In this document: positions 6,755 to 12,181 of the stretch, one piece after another
How the letters are laid out: each line of letters opens with the position of its first letter
Position numbering within the stretch: the stretch's first letter is position 1
From: an archaeon
GTDB lineage: Archaea > Iainarchaeota > Iainarchaeia > Iainarchaeales > CSSED10-239
Reading direction: 5' to 3'
Assembly: GCA_035387745.1 (NCBI GenBank)
Contig: DAOOON010000006.1
Span: 5,547-17,727, forward strand
Length of the DNA: 12,181 nucleotides
Position numbers and translations under genes: made by a program
The notes under the pieces: model-generated
The model's input: only the letters and a program-made list of their open reading frames with translations
The model's database searches: none
What the model was told of the DNA's origin: nothing

Positions 6755-6970
6755 ATGAATAAAAAATTAATTTTAATACTTTCAATTTATTTGATAGTTA
6801 TTTCAGCTATAAGTTTAGTTATAGTTTCTAATAATTCTTCTATTGATACAACTACAGAAGAAAAATCAGAAATAGTAAATACTATCTTTTTATCTCCCAG
6901 TCGTTCAAAAATTCAAGGAACAGTTTTTCAAGAACGCGGCGGAATAATTAAAGCAATCATGCTTAAGTAA
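6755..6970 (+). CDS. Hypothetical small membrane protein (one N-terminal TM helix)
   Basis: It is the only ORF in the 343-nt ftsY-srp54 spacer. MNKKLILILSIYLIVISAISLVIV is followed by a polar tail. No Shine-Dalgarno-like motif and no recognisable family. Coding status is uncertain. Confidence 0.35.
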   Translation: MNKKLILILSIYLIVISAISLVIVSNNSSIDTTTEEKSEIVNTIFLSPSRSKIQGTVFQERGGIIKAIMLK

Positions 6971-7006
6971 TTTCTTTTTCCTTAATATTTATATTCTATT
7001 TGTTTC

Positions 7007-7019
7007 TTTAATTATATAC
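7007..7019 (+). promoter_or_regulatory. Candidate TATA element upstream of srp54, implying a short or absent leader
   Basis: TTTAATTATATAC lies about 26-38 nt upstream of ATG 7045, and no Shine-Dalgarno-like motif precedes that ATG. Weak call because the whole spacer is AT-rich. Confidence 0.25.
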
Positions 7020-7044
7020 TAAAATATATTTTAATTGATTAACT

Positions 7045-8460
7045 ATGGGTTTTGGAGATAAACTAAGAGATGCGCTGGATAAAATTAAAAATTCAATGCA
7101 TGTCGATAAAGAACTTATTAAGGAAGTAATTAAAGAGATTCAAAGAGCTCTTATTTCTTCAGACGTAAACATACAACTAGTTCTAAATATCTCAAAAGAA
7201 ATAGAAGAAAAAGCTTTTGAGGAAATTCCATCAGGAATTACAAGAAAAGAACATATTGTAAGATTGTGTTATGAAACTCTTCTAAAGTATATGGGCGGAG
7301 AAGTAAAAACTCCACTTCCAGAAAACCCAGAAACCATTCTATTGTGTGGTTTGTTTGGTTCAGGAAAGACCACAACTGCAGCAAAGCTTTCTAAGTTCTA
7401 TAAGAAAAGAGGATTAAAGGTTGGACTTATCTGTGCAGATACTTATAGACCGGCAGCTTATGAGCAATTAAAGCAATTAAGCGATATGGTCGAAGTTGCT
7501 TTCTATGGTAACCCTAAAGAAAAGTCTGCACAAAAGGTTACAAAAGAAGGTCTTGATTATCACAAGAAAAACGGTTGTAATCTAATAATTGTAGACTCAG
7601 CAGGAAGAAGTGCATTAGATGACGAGTTAGTAAAAGAGATTAAAGAAATTGACGACGTTTTTAATCCTAAGTTTTCCTTACTTGTAATTTCTGCAGACAT
7701 TGGCCAAGCAGTTAAAGACCAAGCTACTGCTTTTAATAATGCTATAGGGGTTAATGGAGTAATAATAACAAAGCTAGATGGTTCAGCAAAAGGTGGAGGA
7801 GCATTAACTGCCTGTTATATCACAAAGTCTCCAGTGTACTTTATAGGAACAGGAGAAAAAGCTGATGATTTTGAAATCTTTGATTCTAATAGATATCTTT
7901 CTAGGGTTTTAGGCTTTGGAGACCTTGAAAGCTTAATGGAAAAGATTGCTGAAGTTACAAAAGAAGAAGAAATGGAAAAATTAAAGGACATAAATCCAGA
8001 AGATATCATGAAAGGAAATGTTACTTTTGGTGTCTTTAAGCAACAACTTGAATTTTCTAAAAAACTTGGGCCTTTTAGCAAGGTCATGGGTTTCTTGGGT
8101 GTTGGAAATAAAATCTCAAACGAGCAAAAAGAGCTTGGAGAAAAGAAGATGGCAAAGTACAGGGCAATACTTAATTCTTTAACTAAAGAAGAATTAGCAA
8201 ATGGTCCTGATTTTTTAACACATTCAAGAATGGATAGAATTGCTAAAGGTTCAGGAACAAAGATTGAAGACATTAAAGAATTATCTTCACATATCAAGAA
8301 AATGAAAAAAATGTTTAAAGGAATGGATGCTAAGAAGATGGAAGGCATGGCAAAGCAGTTTGAAGGGCAAGACCCAGAAAGTATTGATATGTCAAAGATA
8401 AACATGAACCAGTTTGCAAATATCAAAGGCATGAAGAAAAAGAAATTAAGATTAAAGTGA
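7045..8460 (+). CDS. srp54: Signal recognition particle protein SRP54
   Basis: GLFGSGKTTT, DTYRPAA, DSAGR, TKLDG and GTGE..DDFE motifs. The Met-rich M domain carries MKKMFKGMDAKKMEGMAKQF. The N domain matches the SRP54 pattern (VIKEIQRALISSDVNIQLV). Confidence 0.95.
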   Translation: MGFGDKLRDALDKIKNSMHVDKELIKEVIKEIQRALISSDVNIQLVLNISKEIEEKAFEEIPSGITRKEHIVRLCYETLLKYMGGEVKTPLPENPETILLCGLFGSGKTTTAAKLSKFYKKRGLKVGLICADTYRPAAYEQLKQLSDMVEVAFYGNPKEKSAQKVTKEGLDYHKKNGCNLIIVDSAGRSALDDELVKEIKEIDDVFNPKFSLLVISADIGQAVKDQATAFNNAIGVNGVIITKLDGSAKGGGALTACYITKSPVYFIGTGEKADDFEIFDSNRYLSRVLGFGDLESLMEKIAEVTKEEEMEKLKDINPEDIMKGNVTFGVFKQQLEFSKKLGPFSKVMGFLGVGNKISNEQKELGEKKMAKYRAILNSLTKEELANGPDFLTHSRMDRIAKGSGTKIEDIKELSSHIKKMKKMFKGMDAKKMEGMAKQFEGQDPESIDMSKINMNQFANIKGMKKKKLRLK

Positions 8461-8467
8461 AAAATAA

Positions 8468-9295
8468 ATGTTTGAGACTATTTTTGTTATTAGAATAATT
8501 CTGTTGTTACTGGCAGTGGCTCTTGCAGCATATTTTGATTATAAGACAGGATATATCTATGATTGGATAAGTATTCCGCTTATTGCAATTGGTTTAATTA
8601 TTAATATATTTACTTATTCTTTTAAAAGCCTTATACCAATTGTTCTAATTTCTGCAGGAATCTATCTTTTTGGATACTTTGCGTATTATTTCGGAAAGAT
8701 TGGTGGTGGGGACATAAAGTTGTTTATTGGAATACATATGATTCTTCCATATCTTAATAATCAGTTACTTATCTTTTGGGTAATTATTCTTTCTTCTTTA
8801 CTTTCAGTAATGTTTGTTTCAATTTCTTATGCTTTTAAGCTTAATAAAAAAATAAAGATAAACAAAGTGCTTTTGAAAAAAAAGAAATCTAAGATTTTTA
8901 AGTCCGCAATTTTATTTTTTGTGTTTCTAGCATTTGTTATTTTTGCAACAAGCACAGGCGATATGCCAAAGATTATTTATATAACAATTCCACCAATGTT
9001 TTTTGGTAGTATAATAATTATTTTTGAAGATGAGGTAAAAAAGTACATTTACTTAAAACAAAAACCAGTAGCAAAGCTAGAAGAAGGAGATGTCTTTGCT
9101 AGCGAGTTTGCAACAAAAGAGCTAATTACAAAATTAAAATTAGGCAAAAGAACAGTTCTTGAAAAAGAAGACATAAAAAGAGCAAAATTATTAAGATTAA
9201 AAGCTCTTCCAATCTTTGATAACCTTCCAAGGTTTGGTGTATATATCCTTCTTGGAGTTTTATGCGTTTTAATTTTTGGTTCTTTGCTTTTATAA
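8468..9295 (+). CDS. A24-family aspartic prepilin/preflagellin peptidase (PibD/FlaK/EppA-like)
   Basis: Polytopic membrane protein with two catalytic Asp motifs at the canonical spacing: Asp24 in AAYFDYKTGYI and Asp82 in GKIGGGDIKLF (GxGD). A roughly 70-aa charged soluble segment lies before the last TM. Starts 8 nt after the srp54 stop. Confidence 0.8.
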   Translation: MFETIFVIRIILLLLAVALAAYFDYKTGYIYDWISIPLIAIGLIINIFTYSFKSLIPIVLISAGIYLFGYFAYYFGKIGGGDIKLFIGIHMILPYLNNQLLIFWVIILSSLLSVMFVSISYAFKLNKKIKINKVLLKKKKSKIFKSAILFFVFLAFVIFATSTGDMPKIIYITIPPMFFGSIIIIFEDEVKKYIYLKQKPVAKLEEGDVFASEFATKELITKLKLGKRTVLEKEDIKRAKLLRLKALPIFDNLPRFGVYILLGVLCVLIFGSLLL

Positions 9296-9336
9296 ACGCA
9301 CTAAATCTGGGACAAATTTTAAAGGAAACCTAAAAC

Positions 9337-10437
9337 ATGTATAAAATAACAAACGAATCTGCTGGTGCTCGTTGTGGCGAGTTTAAGACCAGTCATGGAA
9401 AGATTAAGACTCCTTTCTATATGCCAGTAGTAACTAAAGGCGCAGGCAAGTTTCTAACTTTTAATTCTTTAGAAAATTTAAATACTCAGTGTTTTATCTC
9501 TAATGCTTATCTTCTATATCTTAAGCCAGGTCTTGAAACTATAAAGAAAGCAGGCGGCTATCATAACTTTATCAACTGGCAAAAACCAATCTTTACAGAC
9601 TCTGGTGGCTTTCAATTACTTGATCCACAGTTTCTTATTTCTTTAAATGACAAAGGCGTAAAGTTTAGATCACCTTTCTCAGGAGAACCACATTTTGTTT
9701 CTCCAGAAAGTTTAATGAATATTCAAAATACTTTAAGTTCAGATATTGCTATGGTTCTTGATCACGTTCTTGGCCCTGACCACACAAAGAAAGAATTTTC
9801 TGAAGCAACAACGCGAACAATTGCCTGGGCGAGACGTTGCCTTGACAGCCACAAGAATAAAAACCAAAAAGTGTTTGGTATAGTTCAAGGCGGAACATAC
9901 AAGGACCTAAGAAAAGAATGTGCTTTAGCAATCAATGACATGGGTTTTGATGGTCTTGCAATTGGTGGTTTAGCAATTGGCGAAAGTAAAGAAAGAATGT
10001 TTCAAGCAATTGATTATTCTTTAGAGTATCTTGACAAAGACAAAATCAAATATCTAATGGGTGTCGGATCTCCAGAAGACATGATTATTTCAATTGGTAA
10101 AGGTGTAGACTGCTTTGATTCCATTTATCCAACAAAGATGGCAAGACACGGCATGATTTTTACAAGAAACGGGATATTAAAGATTGGCAAAAGCTATAAT
10201 TCTCATCTGTTTAAACCAATAGAAAAGGACTGCGATTGTTATGCATGTAAGCACCACACCATCTCTTATCTTCATCATCTCTACAGGCTTGATGAGCCAG
10301 CAGCAAAGATTCTTCTTTCAGAGCACAATGTAAGGTTTATTCATCGCTTGATGGAAGATGCAAGAAAGGCAATAGAAAAAGGCGTCTTTGATAAATTTCA
10401 AAAAGAGTTTTTAAAAAATTATTTGAAAAACAAGTAA
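9337..10437 (+). CDS. tgt: tRNA-guanine transglycosylase, catalytic TIM-barrel domain only (366 aa), with no PUA or other C-terminal domains
   Basis: Motifs TDSGGFQ, GIVQGG, GGLAIGE, YLMGVGSPED and FDSIYPTKMARHG are present. The zinc site is CDCYAC...YLHH. The protein appears collinear end to end with bacterial TGT as I recall the Zymomonas enzyme. Confidence 0.9.
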   Translation: MYKITNESAGARCGEFKTSHGKIKTPFYMPVVTKGAGKFLTFNSLENLNTQCFISNAYLLYLKPGLETIKKAGGYHNFINWQKPIFTDSGGFQLLDPQFLISLNDKGVKFRSPFSGEPHFVSPESLMNIQNTLSSDIAMVLDHVLGPDHTKKEFSEATTRTIAWARRCLDSHKNKNQKVFGIVQGGTYKDLRKECALAINDMGFDGLAIGGLAIGESKERMFQAIDYSLEYLDKDKIKYLMGVGSPEDMIISIGKGVDCFDSIYPTKMARHGMIFTRNGILKIGKSYNSHLFKPIEKDCDCYACKHHTISYLHHLYRLDEPAAKILLSEHNVRFIHRLMEDARKAIEKGVFDKFQKEFLKNYLKNK

Positions 10438-10533
10438 ATAATACCACTATTTCTTTAAATTCACAAAAAAATCAAGCAGCGCGTTTTATATACCTTGAAA
10501 AACACAAGATAATTACAAATATATAAAAATATT

Positions 10534-10555
10534 TTGTATATCAATTAATATACAA
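10534..10555. promoter_or_regulatory. Near-perfect 22-nt palindrome, candidate operator of the wHTH/RelE-like operon
   Basis: TTGTATAT-CAATTA-ATATACAA has 8-bp perfect arms, with 20 of 22 positions self-complementary. It ends 20 nt before ATG 10576. A related half-site TACAAATAT lies at 10514-10522, with an imperfect partner ATATTTTGTA at 10529-10538. It overlaps TATA-like sequence at 10519-10530. Confidence 0.5.
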
Positions 10556-10575
10556 ATCAAAACGTGATTATTGAT

Positions 10576-10869
10576 ATGCAAAGTAAAACAAAAATTGTAA
10601 GGTATCCTAGATTAGATACATTAATGATGATTGAAAAAATAATTGAAGATGCTAAAGGAGATTTTACAGTAAGACAGATTTGGAAAAAACTTCCAAAGAA
10701 AGTAATGTGGCAAACATATATTACTGCACTTGATTATCTTGAAAGCATTCATAAAATAGCAATAGATAAAAAACATGTGATTTGGATATGGGGCCCAGAA
10801 GAGATTGCAAGAGTAAAAAGGCAAAAACTAGAGGTAAAGTCCTTAAGGAACCGGAACCGTATTTTATAG
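10576..10869 (+). CDS. Small winged-helix-like DNA-binding protein, putative antitoxin/regulator
   Basis: 97 aa from ATG 10576. GTGAT at 10564-10568 lies 7 nt upstream, and the track's GTG 10564 start lies inside that motif. The helix-helix-helix-wing pattern is LDTLMMIEKIIED / FTVRQIWKKL / WQTYITALDYLES / KIAIDKKHVIWIW, followed by a charged C-terminal tail. The call is by architecture and context only. Confidence 0.5.
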   Translation: MQSKTKIVRYPRLDTLMMIEKIIEDAKGDFTVRQIWKKLPKKVMWQTYITALDYLESIHKIAIDKKHVIWIWGPEEIARVKRQKLEVKSLRNRNRIL

Positions 10870-11177
10870 ATCCAACAATTGAAAAACTATATTATGAATT
10901 AAAAGAAAGTACAAGATTTGAAGATAAAGAACTATATTCTAATTTAAAAAAAGCAATTACAAAGATTCAAGAAAATCCATATTGCGGTATAAGAGTTCCA
11001 TCAAAGCTTTGGTCTAAGGAATACATTACAAAATATGATATTAAAATATTATATAAATATGATTTATCAAATGGCTGGAGATTGACTTACACTATTCGCG
11101 GCCAACAAATAGAAGTAATTTCTATAATTATTGAATGGTTCTGTCACAAGAAATACGAAAGAAGATTTAAGTATTAA
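10788..11177 (+). CDS. RelE/ParE-superfamily-like toxin with a basic N-terminal extension
   Basis: The C-terminal roughly 104 aa fit the RelE/ParE/YoeB pattern: a helical N-terminal part ending in IQENPYCG, then beta strands ILYKYDLSNGWRLTYTI and IEVISIIIEW, and a basic/aromatic C-terminus HKKYERRFKY. ATG 10788 is preceded by GTGAT (10777-10781) with a 6-nt spacer, the same geometry as rpl31e. There is no canonical start nearer the toxin domain. Confidence 0.55.
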   Translation: MGPRRDCKSKKAKTRGKVLKEPEPYFIDPTIEKLYYELKESTRFEDKELYSNLKKAITKIQENPYCGIRVPSKLWSKEYITKYDIKILYKYDLSNGWRLTYTIRGQQIEVISIIIEWFCHKKYERRFKY

Positions 11178-11251
11178 TTATTTAAACCAAAGGTTTATTA
11201 ATATTTATAAGCTATATATTTTATTTTATTTACACTAAAGAGGCAAAGAAA

Positions 11252-11782
11252 ATGGCAAAAAAAGAGAAAACAAAAATACAAAAGAAAAAAGTAAAATCCA
11301 CAGATAATAAAGAAACTAAAAAATATTTCTTTAGATTTGTAGAATCAAATAACGCGCAGATAGTTCTTTTAATATTGTCTATAATTTTGGTAGTTTCATC
11401 TTTTGTAAATACCATTTTCTGTTATTTAGGTAAAGGTGGAGATTTTGGTAGTAGTTTTTTTTTATTTGTCCCAAGTGTAATTTTATTACTTTATTGTTTT
11501 AAATCTAAATTAGTTAAGGTATTTTCAAAGATGGTAAATATTTTAACTCACATATTAATAGTGTTATATTTATTATTTGGTATTTATGCATTTGGCAACG
11601 ATATAATAATAGATGTTTTTTTGGCAATAATGTTTAGTTTTATTGTGTTCTATTTAATTTTACTTATATTTAAAAATCAGAAGATTATGAAGTATTCACA
11701 ATTATTTAATATTGCACTTTTCTTTTTTATTCTAGGGCTATTAGCAATCTTATTGATTCAATTTATGAATATTAATTTATAA
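11252..11782 (+). CDS. Hypothetical polytopic membrane protein with a Lys-rich cytoplasmic N-terminus
   Basis: 176 aa. GAGG at 11239-11242 lies 9 nt before the ATG. MAKKEKTKIQKKKVKS... is followed by four to five hydrophobic helices. No family recognised. Confidence 0.55.
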   Translation: MAKKEKTKIQKKKVKSTDNKETKKYFFRFVESNNAQIVLLILSIILVVSSFVNTIFCYLGKGGDFGSSFFLFVPSVILLLYCFKSKLVKVFSKMVNILTHILIVLYLLFGIYAFGNDIIIDVFLAIMFSFIVFYLILLIFKNQKIMKYSQLFNIALFFFILGLLAILLIQFMNINL

Positions 11783-12181
11783 TAGCCCGCTTTCCTTAAA
11801 ACTAAAGTATCCGTTTTCTGTAATGATTAGATGATCAATCAAAGATACATCCATTAATTTTGCAGCCTTTCCCAGCTGTTCAGTTGATATCTTGTCATCA
11901 GTTGATGGTTCGCAGATTCCTGTTGGGTGGTTGTGTGCAACAATAATTCCTGATGCTTCTTCTCTAATGGCCCAAAGCACAATATCTTTTGAAGAAATCA
12001 ATGTTTGGTTGCTTGTTCCAGTAGTTAAAATCTTACAAGAGATAACTTCGTTTCTTGGAGAAATAAAAACAGCAATCAACTTTTCTTCTTTACAATCAAG
12101 AAACTTTGGTAAAAGATACTCAAATGCATCTCTTGGGGAAGTTATCTTCTCTGGAGACTTAAGTATTCCATGTTCTCTAAG
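11777..12181 (-). CDS. radC: RadC-like JAB/MPN domain protein, 5'-truncated by the window edge
   Basis: JAMM-type motif AHNHPTGICEPSTDD plus LIDHLIITENGYFSFKE, the characteristic RadC C-terminus. The reading frame stays open upstream of the track's TTG 12079 to position 12181 (LREHGILKSPEKITSPRDAFEYLLPKFLDCKEEK), which matches the usual RadC region SP.DA..YL. The gene therefore starts outside the window. Confidence 0.85.
   Translation of the reverse strand, partial: LREHGILKSPEKITSPRDAFEYLLPKFLDCKEEKLIAVFISPRNEVISCKILTTGTSNQTLISSKDIVLWAIREEASGIIVAHNHPTGICEPSTDDKISTEQLGKAAKLMDVSLIDHLIITENGYFSFKESGLL

Noticed and set aside
6755-6830. Small ORF N-terminus as a class III (type IV pilin-like) signal peptide substrate for the nearby A24 peptidase
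   Set aside because: MNKK is followed directly by LILIL. The [KR]-[GAS] cleavage motif that should precede the hydrophobic stretch is absent.
6702-7044. Idea that the ftsY-srp54 spacer might encode the SRP (7S) RNA
   Set aside because: The spacer is AT-rich throughout. It has no GC-rich helices and no helix-8-like motifs. The structured RNA in this window (the tRNA) stands out as a GC island, and nothing comparable is present here.
7815-8432. 205-aa ORF antisense to srp54
   Set aside because: It lies entirely inside a confidently identified gene. Its Phe/Ser/Leu/Ile-rich translation is the expected mirror of Lys/Glu/Asp-rich sense codons. It has no motifs and no start context.
10623-10629. 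C-box-like ATGATGA suggesting a C/D box sRNA
   Set aside because: It lies inside the wHTH coding frame (codons for LMMI). I found no CTGA D box at an appropriate distance downstream and no terminal stem.
10813-10835. Possible -1 frameshift (A5 runs in GTAAAAAGG and CAAAAACT) fusing the wHTH and RelE-like ORFs into one protein
   Set aside because: Neither run is a canonical X-XXY-YYZ slippery heptamer. No downstream structure was noticed. An SD-supported ATG at 10788 explains toxin expression without recoding. Kept only as a remote alternative.

Overview
AT-rich, densely packed window, read here as a small-genome archaeon, probably DPANN-like. That lineage call is an inference from gene content, low G+C and Lys-rich proteins. 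All homology calls come from motif recognition by eye, with no database search. Genes run on the + strand until a convergent gene at the right edge.

Gene order:
- Transglutaminase-like surface protein, tRNA-Gly(GCC), RNase P protein Rpp21.
- The conserved archaeal translation cluster: S19e, L39e, L31e, aIF6, prefoldin alpha, FtsY.
- A small membrane ORF, SRP54, an A24 prepilin/preflagellin peptidase, and a catalytic-domain-only tRNA-guanine transglycosylase.
- An accessory-looking right end: a wHTH plus RelE/ParE-like pair behind a palindromic operator, a Lys-rich membrane protein, and a 5'-truncated RadC/JAB gene.

No CRISPR array, IS element, rRNA or obvious prophage was seen.

Most noteworthy:
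1. The toxin-antitoxin-like pair has an 82-nt dual-coding overlap and a near-perfect 22-nt palindrome upstream.
2. The TGT looks bacterial/eukaryotic queuine-type rather than archaeosine-type.
3. S19e, L39e and L31e all carry long Lys/Glu-rich C-terminal tails.
4. FtsY carries a roughly 235-aa acidic/Pro-rich N-terminal extension and lies next to SRP54.
5. tRNA-Gly has A1:U72 and C55, and sits 24 nt upstream of an RNase P subunit gene.

I see no clear multi-gene novel system. The right-end island is the best candidate and it is cut by the window edge.
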